Source: Candidatus Methylomirabilia bacterium (GTDB lineage Bacteria > Methylomirabilota > Methylomirabilia > Rokubacteriales > CSP1-6). Taken from it: 64,000 nucleotides of DNA. Below the pieces are notes generated by a model. It worked only from the letters and a program-made list of their open reading frames with translations, was not told the origin of the DNA and did no database searches. Below, in pieces: positions 39,806-48,774 of this stretch. The stretch's first letter is position 1. Each line of letters opens with the position of its first letter. The stretch spans positions 26,380-90,379 of the forward strand of contig JBGQEL010000006.1 of assembly GCA_041496385.1 (NCBI GenBank). The letters run 5' to 3'. The translations under genes were made by a program, and so were the position numbers.

Positions 39806-41035
39806 TCACAGCCCGGTCTTGACAGCGTTCTGCGCCTCCGTCGAGGCTTTGACCAGGTCGGACTTTTTCGTCTCCAGCCCGGCGGAGTAGCCTTCGAGAA
39901 CGCGGTGCTGCACCTGAAGCGCGGCGATGCCGCTCGTGACCGCCGCCAGGTTCGTGGGGCTCTCGTCCTTGCTCGCCCCGTCCCTGGCGGCGCGGAGCGT
40001 CGCCCACGCAGCGATCATCTGCTGCACGGGGTCATTCTCCATGCCCCACCCTCTCGTCGCCTCATCGGCCGCCGTCTTCCTCGCCTTCAGCGTCGCGATT
40101 TTCTCGTTGGCGGTCTTCAGCTGCTCCGCCTTTGCCGCGTCGGCGAAGAGGGCCTTGGCGAGATCTTCCAGCTTGCCAGCGTCCGGTGCCGCGCTCGTCG
40201 CCGTGCGGAGGTCTCCGCGAAGCCTGGTGACGGCGCTCACGAGGTCGGAGCCGCGCGTCAGATGGCCATCGGCGTGGCGGGGCTCGATGCCCAGCACGTC
40301 ATCGGCCGCAAGCACGCGCCCCGACTCCGCGCAGTAGCTCGCGCGGAGATGGGAAGGATCCTGATCCAGATCCTTGAGGTCGCCCTTGGCGACGGCGACG
40401 ATCTTGTTCACGCTGTCCTGCGTCGACTGAGAGGTGATACTGCTCAGCGCCTTGACCACGTTCTCCGGAACGCTCAGGTTGATGTGATTCTGTACTTTGC
40501 CCATGACCTCGTCGACGTGCCGCTTCAGGCAGCTCGCCTCTTCGTCCAGGATTCGGGCGCTGCGGATCCCCTCGGTCGTCGCGGGAGCCCACAGACGCAG
40601 CCGCTCGTCGCTCAGATTGATGACGTCCTTGATGAGCAGGCTCGCCTTGCTGTACATCTGGGCGCGGAGATCGTTGTTGTAGATGCTGGCGGCACCGGAC
40701 AGGAAGCCCGTGCCGAGCGGAATGCCGGCGATCGCGGGACTCGTGCGGTCGAACGCCGCGAGCCCGATCAGCGTGCCGGCGGCGGCGGTCGCGAGGAGCG
40801 CCCCGAAGGATTGGGCGTGACGGTTGGCCGTCGCGCGCGCGTCGTAGGCATCTTGCACCCGGCGGGCCCAGATCTTGACTTCGTCGTAGGACGGCACCAG
40901 CTTCTTTCGATCGGCGATCTCGCGGTCCTTGATGTTCTCCTGAACGTAGCCGAGCGACGTGAGGCAGCCGGAGCAGACGACGGCGAGGAGGACCGCTCCG
41001 GTGAACACGCGAGGCCAGCGACTCTCGAATCTCAT
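39806..41035 (-). CDS. Hypothetical helical lipoprotein
   Basis: Lipobox-like VCSGC, hydrophobic hairpin, Ala/Lys-rich helical C-terminus; ATGA overlap with the upstream gene. Confidence 0.65.
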   Translation of the reverse strand: MRFESRWPRVFTGAVLLAVVCSGCLTSLGYVQENIKDREIADRKKLVPSYDEVKIWARRVQDAYDARATANRHAQSFGALLATAAAGTLIGLAAFDRTSPAIAGIPLGTGFLSGAASIYNNDLRAQMYSKASLLIKDVINLSDERLRLWAPATTEGIRSARILDEEASCLKRHVDEVMGKVQNHINLSVPENVVKALSSITSQSTQDSVNKIVAVAKGDLKDLDQDPSHLRASYCAESGRVLAADDVLGIEPRHADGHLTRGSDLVSAVTRLRGDLRTATSAAPDAGKLEDLAKALFADAAKAEQLKTANEKIATLKARKTAADEATRGWGMENDPVQQMIAAWATLRAARDGASKDESPTNLAAVTSGIAALQVQHRVLEGYSAGLETKKSDLVKASTEAQNAVKTGL

Positions 41036-43569
41036 GGTTGCCGCCATGGGCTCCATGCGGCGACGTCGAGCGCGGGTCCCGCCGTGCCCGCCCGTGCGAT
41101 GATCTGGTCCAGCGCCCTCCCGATCGTGTCCGGGGCGTCCCAGTAGTGCGTGTGTGCTCCCGCGCCGACGCAGACCTCGAGTCGGTCGCGCGCCTGCGTC
41201 TGGTGCGCGGCCGACCACGCCTCCGGGTTCGGCCTCGCCTCCGGGAACCACAGGTAGCGCCCGACGTAGTCGCCGCTCCGGTAGGCGTTCGCCCACGCCG
41301 CGACGCCGAGCGCGGCGCGGTCGGGCCGGTGCCCCGGCCACGCCGTATCGTCGTGCCACGCCCACTCGTAGAGATGGGGGAATCTCAGGCCGTAGAGCTG
41401 CCGCAGCGGGCAGCCCATCGTGAAGAGGTAGACCGGCAGGCGATCGGCGTCATCGTGGAGACGGCTCAGCGCGGGGTCGTGCCGCGCGCGCTGCAGGAAC
41501 CGGAGCAGCTCCGCGGTGATCACGGTGCCCTGGCTGTGGGCGATGACCACGACCGCGTCGTACCGGCGGCCGTCGGCGGGATCGGTCCAGAGGCAGATGT
41601 GGCGCAGGAGCGAGGCATACCGGGCGCAGATCCGCGCGCGGGGATTGCGGTCCAGCGGATGCACCCGCAGCCAGTTCGTGACGTCGAGCGCCACGTCGAG
41701 GGCGCTCCGGAAGCCGAGCGCGAGGAAGCGGAAGGGGCCCTTGGACGACGTGATGAAGAGGATCACGAGGGCGCCGAGCAGGCCCGCCAGCGTCGGAAAC
41801 GCCTCGCCGAAGTGGCAGGGGCGTCCGAGCACGGTCGATACCACGACTACCATGCCGAGAACGAGCAGGACGAAGTAGAGGAGCTGCAGCAGGCGGCCCG
41901 AGAGCCGCATCGCCCGGAAGCCGGCGGAAAGCGCGTCCCCGAGCCACTCCGCGGCGTGGCGCCCCGACGAGATCAGTCGCGGGAACTCGCCCGCGAGCGC
42001 CGGGAACAGCGACCACGCCACCCACAGGAGGGCCGCGATGGCGACCGGCCCGATGAGCGACAGGGGACGCACGCTGCGGTCGAGCATCCCCCGGATCGCG
42101 TCCCCGGCGTCGACCACACCCGCCTGCTTGTCCAGACGCGGCTCGTAACAGAACCGACGCGCCTCGGGGCATCGCGTCTGCGCCGCGCCGGGTTTCAGCT
42201 CCGTGATGATCTCCGTCCCCGCCTTGTGGATTGCGCTCCAGGCGGCAAGGTTCAGAATGATCACGACCAAGGCCGGCAGCATGGCGGTCAGGTTCGCGGT
42301 CCAGGCCGCGCGCTTCGCCCTCGGCCGACGCGCGGCATCGGCACCGAACCGGACCGCACCGGCGCCGACCAGCGCCGTCAGGAAAACCCCCAGCAGAACA
42401 AGACCCCAGCAGAAGCTCAGCAGCAGGAGTACGCCCTCCACGCTGCGCAGCGTGGCGGCGAGCAGCGTGCCGGGCCCGGCGCCCGCGCGGCTCCATAGCT
42501 GGCAGGCGAAGTCGAGCGCGACGAGAACCGCAAGGACAAGAGCGATGGCGAACGCGCCCCGGCGGCGCCGCTGATAGGCGGCCATGAGCAAGAGGACCAG
42601 CGCCCCCAGCAGCAGGAACGCGACGAATCCGAGTGCGTGGTACGCGTCGGAGTGGGCGTAGAGCCAGAGGCCGCACCCGACGGCCAGTTCGGCCAGCGCG
42701 ACAATGAGCGCAGCCCCGAAGGGCCACCGCGCTCCGCGGAACGTCAACCGCAGGGCGTAGATCGCGGCGCCCGCCAGCAAGGCGGCGCTTGTCGCAATCC
42801 CGCCGATCCCGATCCATACGACGACGCCGGACGGAACCCTGATGGTGAAGATCACGGCGGCCAGGGCCAGGAGCAGGAGGTTCAGGATGGGCACGCCGAG
42901 GACCAGCGGCCATTCGACCAGGGCGTGGGCCCACGCGAAGACGCCCCACCAGCGGGACCGATTCTCCAGTCGCGCGTACTCGATCGACTTCCGCCCGAGG
43001 CTGCAGACGTAGAACATGAGCTGGTACAGCTCGAGCATCGCGCTCAGTACGCCAGACTCGAGGCGGGAGAGATCGGCCCAGTACGCCTCGTAGACGTGCA
43101 CGCGGCACGGCGTGCTGTTCCGAACACTCTCGAGGCGGACCGTCTCGAACGTCCGGTCCTTGGCGTCGGGTCGGTAGACGGAGAGCAGGTGCTTCATGTA
43201 CTCGTGCGCGAGACCATCGCCGAGCTCCCCCGGCGTGTCCGGCGCCGGCTCGACGTCGGCGAGCGCGCCATGAAGCTGAGGCGTCTGACGCATGGCGAAG
43301 AGCTCGGCCGAGACTTGTCGTATCGTTCGCACGGCGGGACGACCCATGGCCTGCCCTTGCGCGGCTTCGGCGGGCTCGGTCATCACACGGCTCACGCCGA
43401 GCCGGAGCTCGGTCTCCTCGAAGGCGCGGTAGCGCCCCGCGCCGGCGCCCTCGACGCGGGACAGGAGATCGGCGATCGTGCGGGCCGTCTCGTGGGGCTT
43501 CTGATCGGCGACGCCGTGGACCGCGACGACGGCGACGCAGCCCGCCGACTCGGAACTTCGGGTGCTCAT
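41032..43569 (-). CDS. Large membrane protein with a split alpha/beta-hydrolase domain
   Basis: VAVHGV, YWADL, many TM helices, then AHSQG, TMGCPL, DYVG, AHTHYW. Confidence 0.75.
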   Translation of the reverse strand: MSTRSSESAGCVAVVAVHGVADQKPHETARTIADLLSRVEGAGAGRYRAFEETELRLGVSRVMTEPAEAAQGQAMGRPAVRTIRQVSAELFAMRQTPQLHGALADVEPAPDTPGELGDGLAHEYMKHLLSVYRPDAKDRTFETVRLESVRNSTPCRVHVYEAYWADLSRLESGVLSAMLELYQLMFYVCSLGRKSIEYARLENRSRWWGVFAWAHALVEWPLVLGVPILNLLLLALAAVIFTIRVPSGVVVWIGIGGIATSAALLAGAAIYALRLTFRGARWPFGAALIVALAELAVGCGLWLYAHSDAYHALGFVAFLLLGALVLLLMAAYQRRRRGAFAIALVLAVLVALDFACQLWSRAGAGPGTLLAATLRSVEGVLLLLSFCWGLVLLGVFLTALVGAGAVRFGADAARRPRAKRAAWTANLTAMLPALVVIILNLAAWSAIHKAGTEIITELKPGAAQTRCPEARRFCYEPRLDKQAGVVDAGDAIRGMLDRSVRPLSLIGPVAIAALLWVAWSLFPALAGEFPRLISSGRHAAEWLGDALSAGFRAMRLSGRLLQLLYFVLLVLGMVVVVSTVLGRPCHFGEAFPTLAGLLGALVILFITSSKGPFRFLALGFRSALDVALDVTNWLRVHPLDRNPRARICARYASLLRHICLWTDPADGRRYDAVVVIAHSQGTVITAELLRFLQRARHDPALSRLHDDADRLPVYLFTMGCPLRQLYGLRFPHLYEWAWHDDTAWPGHRPDRAALGVAAWANAYRSGDYVGRYLWFPEARPNPEAWSAAHQTQARDRLEVCVGAGAHTHYWDAPDTIGRALDQIIARAGTAGPALDVAAWSPWRQP

Positions 43570-43585
43570 GGAGCGAGAACCTGCC

Positions 43586-43996
43586 TCAGGTCCGGAACGC
43601 TTGGCTAGTAGCTTGTTGCGCGGACCCTGTGTGCCGCTGGCGGTAGAGGGACGGAGAGATCCCCATCAGGGTCTTGAAGACCTTGTCGAATCGCGGCAGG
43701 TCGCCGAACCCCACGGAGTGCGCGATCTCGGTGATCGTCAGGCTCGACGCCCCCAGGAGATGGCGTGCGCGGTCGACCCGCGATTCCTGGAGGAACCTTC
43801 GGTATGGGACGCGCAGGGTCCGCTTGAACTTCCGCGAAAGCGCGGACTTACTCAGGCCCAGGTCGCGCGCGAGCCGGCCGAAGGACGCCGTGTCCCCGGA
43901 CTGCTCGGCCATGAGCCGCGCGGCTTCCCGGATCGCACGCTCGACCTGGGTGGTCTGCACATCGGGTCCGAGGAGCAAGCCACCTGCCAGGGGCAC
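43586..43996 (-). CDS. Small AraC-family HTH regulator
   Basis: LA..LGLS...LSR.FK, A..LL....I.EIA..VGF.D...F...FK...G.SP..YR. Confidence 0.85.
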   Translation of the reverse strand: MPLAGGLLLGPDVQTTQVERAIREAARLMAEQSGDTASFGRLARDLGLSKSALSRKFKRTLRVPYRRFLQESRVDRARHLLGASSLTITEIAHSVGFGDLPRFDKVFKTLMGISPSLYRQRHTGSAQQATSQAFRT

Positions 43997-44109
43997 CGAC
44001 GTCCCGGCCGCCCGGGAATCAGCCGGTTACGCGCGCGTGGCAGGCCCGATGTGCACCACGATGGTTCGACGGTGCACCATCGGTGTGCAGGTCCGGGCCC
44101 GACCGGCCC

Positions 44110-44550
44110 TCACGCGCGGTCCCCTCTCTCGAGTGCCTGGGCCTTGCGGATTATGTCGAGCAGCCCGTCCGTCGTGTCGAGCTCGGCGACCCTGTCGATC
44201 TCCACCCACTGCGCGTCGGCCGCGTCGCTGCCCGGCTTGAGGCGCGTGGAGTCCGGAAACGCGAGGTAATCCACCAGGACGTAATGATAGCGAATTCGGC
44301 CCGCGTCGTCCCGGATGACGCGCTCCACCATGCCGGCGAGGCTCGCCACGCGGATCGCGATGCCGCACTCCTCGGCCACCTCGCGCGCCGCCGCCTCGCG
44401 CGTCGTCTCGCCGAGATGCAGGAGCCCGCCGGGGAGACTCCACTTGCCCAGGGCCGGCGCCTGGCCCCGCTTGACGAGGAGCACGCGGCCCTCGTGGAGG
44501 ACGACCGCGCCCACGCCGACCCGCGGGTGCTCCGGGTACTCGCGGCTCAC
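44110..44550 (-). CDS. NUDIX hydrolase
   Basis: Nudix box GG....GET...AA.REV.EE.G. Confidence 0.92.
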   Translation of the reverse strand: MSREYPEHPRVGVGAVVLHEGRVLLVKRGQAPALGKWSLPGGLLHLGETTREAAAREVAEECGIAIRVASLAGMVERVIRDDAGRIRYHYVLVDYLAFPDSTRLKPGSDAADAQWVEIDRVAELDTTDGLLDIIRKAQALERGDRA

Positions 44551-44560
44551 GCGGGGCGAC

Positions 44561-45379
44561 TCACGCGGGGCCGGTGAGCCACTCTCGGGTGGCGTACTTC
44601 TCCCGCGCGAGCCGCTCGACCGCGGTGGTCTCCTCGGCCGTGAGGCCGTCGGGGCGGAGGTCGAGCCCATGCTCGCGCTCGAAGGCCGCGGCCAGCGCGG
44701 CCGCCACGTCGTCGAACTTCGGCCGATGGCCGAGCGCCGCCTCCAGCGTCGTCAGCGAGGCGAGTGGGTCGTGCGTCGTGGGAAAGACCTCGCGCAGGCG
44801 CGGAGCGTCGATCGCCAGGAGCACCGACCCGTGCTGCAGGAAGCTCGGCCCGTAGCGCCGCTGGGCGCTGCCGACGACCTTCCGGCCGCCCAGCTCGATC
44901 TCGCAGCTCCCCGTCCGCGCAAAGCAGAACGTGGGCTGCGACTCGTCGCCGCGCGCCACGCCGACCATCTCGACCGGTGCGCCGAGCGCTCGGAGCCCCG
45001 CGACGAGCGCGCGTCCGATCCACTGGTAGCTGTAGAGCAGGTCGCGGGCGCCGCCGCCGACGTCGTCGGCCGTGGCCACGACGCTGTAGGTCAGCTCGCG
45101 CTCGGGGCCGTCGTGGTAGATCGCGCTCCCGCCCGTCGGCCGCCGCACGAGCCCGACGCCGAGCCGCCGGCAGGCGGCCACGTCCACGTGGCCGTCCAGC
45201 GGCTGGCCGTAACCGAGCGAGACCGTGGGTGGCGCCCACGCGAAGAAGCGGATCGTCGGCGGCGAGCTATTGGCGCGGCGCCCGAGCCAGACCGCCTCGT
45301 CGATCGCCATGTTCGTGGCGCCGTCCGTGGGCTCGGTCACGAGCAGGCGCCAAGTGCCGGTGCGAAGGCTCTCCATCAC
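44561..45379 (-). CDS. Lipoate-protein ligase / octanoyltransferase family (LplA/LipM-like)
   Basis: NMAIDE, SLGY.Q, VRRPTGG.A..H, KVVGSAQ, QHGS. Confidence 0.9.
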   Translation of the reverse strand: MMESLRTGTWRLLVTEPTDGATNMAIDEAVWLGRRANSSPPTIRFFAWAPPTVSLGYGQPLDGHVDVAACRRLGVGLVRRPTGGSAIYHDGPERELTYSVVATADDVGGGARDLLYSYQWIGRALVAGLRALGAPVEMVGVARGDESQPTFCFARTGSCEIELGGRKVVGSAQRRYGPSFLQHGSVLLAIDAPRLREVFPTTHDPLASLTTLEAALGHRPKFDDVAAALAAAFEREHGLDLRPDGLTAEETTAVERLAREKYATREWLTGPA

Positions 45380-45520
45380 GCCCTTAGCATCGCATGGCAG
45401 CGCTGCGGCTGCTTCGTCAGCCTGCTTGAAACGTCGCTCAGGGGTCTACAGAGGATCAGTGCCTGTTCGCGCAGATTTCCATTCGAGATCGCCTTCCTGA
45501 GATAGGTACTCCCCACTGTG

Positions 45521-45943
45521 TCACCGTCCGGGCGGGAGCTTGTTGAGCGCAGCCGCGACGACCTTGCACGCCCCGATCAGGTCGGTGAGCAGACGCTCGT
45601 CCACATACAGATCGCCCGCGTACTCTCCCCGATTGCGGAGGTCATGGCACCGGGCAAGCACCCGCCACACCTCGGGGCCGACTCCGAGGGTGTGCGGTAG
45701 CACCTGGAACACGATATAGCGGTTCGTGGCGCGATAGCCCGAGTGGCGCAACGCGGCGAGGCACAGCGCGTGCGCGGCGTTGTAGGCGAGGTCGAAGCGG
45801 CTCTCCAGGGAGTTGGCCTGTTTGTCCGCATCGGCAAGTCGTTTCAACCCCGATTCCTTCAGCCCGGCGAACTCCTTCGCGTCCGGTGCCTCCTTGCGGA
45901 GAGGCTTGTCCGGCCCGGAGAGACTCTCAAGCGGCGAGGCCAC
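45521..45943 (-). CDS. HEPN-like protein
   Basis: AY.AA helix and RNRGEY (Rx4Y) motif; coupled to the MNT gene. Confidence 0.7.
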   Translation of the reverse strand: MASPLESLSGPDKPLRKEAPDAKEFAGLKESGLKRLADADKQANSLESRFDLAYNAAHALCLAALRHSGYRATNRYIVFQVLPHTLGVGPEVWRVLARCHDLRNRGEYAGDLYVDERLLTDLIGACKVVAAALNKLPPGR

Positions 45944-46559
45944 TCTCGTCGCCAATCAGCCACAGCTTGGGCTGTGCCAGGACACGCGTCACGAACGCAT
46001 TGTCCTTCCTGATGCGCTTGGACAACTCCTTCGATGAATAGATCGTGGGCGCGACCTTCCGTCCGAGCTGCGCCGAGGCCTCTTCCAGGGCAGCGAACAG
46101 CTCGGGATAGGTCAAGTTGTCGGCAACCACCATCAGGTCGATGTCGCTCGCTGCAGTGTCTTCACCTTTCGCGATCGACCCGTAGACGAACGCCGCGCGG
46201 ATGTGCCGCGAAGCCGGTGCCAGAGCCTCGCGCAGCACGTCGGCCAGCCCGAAGGTCTTGAGTACCAGCGCTCGCAGTTCCTGGAAGACCGGCGAGTTGG
46301 CGTTCGCCTGATAGTGCTTCTGCTTGCCGACGCGGGTGACGTTCACGAGGCCCGATGCTTCGAGCCTGGCAAGCTCTCGCTGCACGGCGCCGGTCCCGGA
46401 GCGTGCGAGGCCGATGACCTCGTTGGCGTAGAAGCTCCGCCGGGGACTGCCGAAAAGCACCCCGAGGACTCGCTGTTGCACCTTGGCGAACAGCGCATCG
46501 GCCAAGCCCGGGGATGAGGGCATCGGCCGGCGCTTCCGGAGGCTTCGTTTCATTCCCAT
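45927..46559 (-). CDS. wHTH plus minimal nucleotidyltransferase (MNT) protein
   Basis: N-terminal wHTH (VQRELARLE.SGLV); YGS.A.G......DIDL. Confidence 0.88.
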   Translation of the reverse strand: MGMKRSLRKRRPMPSSPGLADALFAKVQQRVLGVLFGSPRRSFYANEVIGLARSGTGAVQRELARLEASGLVNVTRVGKQKHYQANANSPVFQELRALVLKTFGLADVLREALAPASRHIRAAFVYGSIAKGEDTAASDIDLMVVADNLTYPELFAALEEASAQLGRKVAPTIYSSKELSKRIRKDNAFVTRVLAQPKLWLIGDESGLAA

Positions 46560-46590
46560 AGTGGGTATGATAAACCCCGCCCTGGGTATG
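46551..46590 (-). promoter_or_regulatory. Promoter/operator of the MNT-HEPN module
   Basis: CATTCCCA-TAG-TGGGTATG inverted repeat, second TGGGTATG at 46583-46590, -10 TATCAT. Confidence 0.6.
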
Positions 46591-46602
46591 TTCCAAGCAG
46601 CC

Positions 46603-47259
46603 TCACGCCACCCGGAACACCTTCATCACCTCGTCTCCCAGGTGGTTGATCACCTTCACGGCGATGCGGCCGGACCTGGGCTTGTCGAAGGGGCGGGAGG
46701 TGTCGCTGTGGAGGGTGGCCCAGGCCTCCTCGTTGATTTCGGCCTTGAGCGTGGTCTTGAGGGCGCCGTAGGGGTCGTTGGCGCCGAGGAAATAGGCGTG
46801 GGCCAGGCTCGCCATCACCTGGAGCGAGTCGCCGAGGATCATCCGGTTCGACCAGTTCTGCTCGTGCTGGTAGAACTCCGTCTTGTCCACGCCCTGCGGT
46901 ATGCCGTTGAAATCCGCGAACAGGTCGGGCGTGGTCTCCCCGGCGTCGTTCTGGCTCTCCCGCGTCTGGCGCAGAAGGTCGTCGATCAGCGCCTTCGGCT
47001 GAACCTTCTCCTGGATGTAGAGCGGCGGCGCTTGAACGACCAGGTCGCTCCAGTCCTGCTCGTCCTTGCCGCGCCAGACGAGCTGCGGGTCCAGGTCGCG
47101 GTTGCGCCGCTCGTAGGCGACGCGCACCGGGTCCTGCGCCTCCTTCTCCACCACCGACTGATACTCCGCCGTCGGGATGTTCTTCCGGGTGGCTTCCTCA
47201 CGGCGATGGCGCAGGGAATCGACGGTCCTGGCGGTCGGCGGCTTCGCCTTGCGGGTCAT
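46603..47259 (-). pseudogene. Type III R-M Mod methyltransferase with a large in-frame internal deletion
   Basis: N-terminus DPQLVW.GK...NRMILGDSL.VM.SLA is fused directly to the C-terminus ..IAVKVIN..GDE; no DPPY or FxGxG motif. Confidence 0.85.
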
Positions 47260-47265
47260 GGCGCG

Positions 47266-48735
47266 TCTACTCGCGGGTCGCCGACGGCCCGACGGCCAGG
47301 GGATGCAGGACGTCGATGGCCCAGCCAACGTCCAGGGGCTCGCCCAGCCAACCCGGGGTCGCCGTCCGCGCGTGCAGGCGTAGCCCCTCCGCTTGGTGCC
47401 GCGCTCGGAGAATCTGCACCGGATCCGCCGGCACCCCGGGAGGTGGCGGGACCTCGGGCAAGAGCCGCCCGTTAGGGCGGCGGAAGCAAAGCTCGCCGTC
47501 GGGCTGTCGCGCGAGCTGGTAGCCCTCCTCGTGGACCGCCCGGTGGTGCCGGCGACAGAGCAGGGCGAGATTCGACAGTGTGGTGGGGCCGCCTTGGGCC
47601 CAGTGACGGATGTGATGGCCCTGGCCGAACCGGACCCCGCAGCCCGGGAAGCGGCAACCGCGGTCTCGGTGGTGGAGCGCTCGCCGTAACGCCGGGGGAA
47701 TCGTGCGCGTCCGGGCGCTGACCTCCAGCAGGCGCCCATCAGGGTCATGCCGCATCACTACCCGGCTAGCGTCGCACGCCAGCCGCTGGGACGTTCCAGC
47801 TGGAACGCGCGCGCCGTCTTCGAGGACCGACTGGCCGGGCTGATCGGCGTCTGCGAGGACCTCGGCGTCGACGTGAACCACCACCTGGTAGCGCTCGCCC
47901 GGGGCGCCGGGGTCGATGCCGTGGTGCAGGGCCGTTTCTGCGAGCAGCGCGAGCGCGTCCGCCTGCTGCTGGACCATCGTCGGCGGGTCGCCCTCCGCCT
48001 CCTTCCCGCGCGCCTGCTGATACAGGCTCTCGCGGGCCGCGGTCAGCGCCTGCACGAGCAGTGCGCCGATCTCGGCGGTCAGCCGCCCGCGGACAAAGAC
48101 GGTACCGTCTGCGTCGGGATACACGTGTAGCGCCCGGCTGGCGTGCTGCCGGGCGGCCTCTCGGGCCTCCGCCTGCCGGTCTACCCTGCGCCAGCCGCGG
48201 ACGATCCGCTGCACGTGCTCTGCCGTGCCGGCGAGACCCACCGCCAGCAGCCGCTCCTCGGTCTCGGGTGTGGCCACGCGCGTCAGCTCCCGGACCTTGG
48301 AGTACGACAGCTCCCCATGGGCAAGGGCCTTGGCCAGCAGAGGCAACGTTCCCAGGGCGCGCGCCACCCGCACGTGCTCGCGCGCGGCGCCGGGGGCGAG
48401 CCCCACGCGCCAGGTCAGCCAGGCGGCGCAGGAGCGGAAGCCGATGTTCCAGCCCTCGCGGGCGTCGAACTCGCGGATGAGGTCGAGAAGACGGGCGGTG
48501 GCGGCGTCGAGATGCGCTGACAGCTCGGCGATCTCGTCGCCCAGTCGGTCCAGTTCCGCGGCGTGGATTTCCATGGCGAGGCCCCCTTTTACTATGGGGG
48601 AATTTACACCCCGAATTCGGGGCCACCTGGGAGCCTCCAGAACGCGCGATCTCTGACGAGCGGCGATTTTTCGGCCGCCCGGGTCCGGATGCCCATCGCC
48701 GGGCTCCCGCGGACCTCTAGGAGGGCATCTACTCG
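47266..48735 (-). mobile_element. Putative DUF222-HNH element bounded by TCTACTCG direct repeats
   Basis: Lies between res and mod; GCGTCTACTCG (47263-47273) and GCATCTACTCG (48725-48735). Confidence 0.5.
47267..48574 (-). CDS. DUF222 domain HNH endonuclease
   Basis: RLACDA, R.....RRAL..RD.GCRFPGC, HHI.HW..GG.T...NL..LC..HH..VH. Confidence 0.92.
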   Translation of the reverse strand: MEIHAAELDRLGDEIAELSAHLDAATARLLDLIREFDAREGWNIGFRSCAAWLTWRVGLAPGAAREHVRVARALGTLPLLAKALAHGELSYSKVRELTRVATPETEERLLAVGLAGTAEHVQRIVRGWRRVDRQAEAREAARQHASRALHVYPDADGTVFVRGRLTAEIGALLVQALTAARESLYQQARGKEAEGDPPTMVQQQADALALLAETALHHGIDPGAPGERYQVVVHVDAEVLADADQPGQSVLEDGARVPAGTSQRLACDASRVVMRHDPDGRLLEVSARTRTIPPALRRALHHRDRGCRFPGCGVRFGQGHHIRHWAQGGPTTLSNLALLCRRHHRAVHEEGYQLARQPDGELCFRRPNGRLLPEVPPPPGVPADPVQILRARHQAEGLRLHARTATPGWLGEPLDVGWAIDVLHPLAVGPSATRE

Positions 48736-48774
48736 ACACTGTCGATGCGCCACGATTGCAGTTGGACAAAGCTG

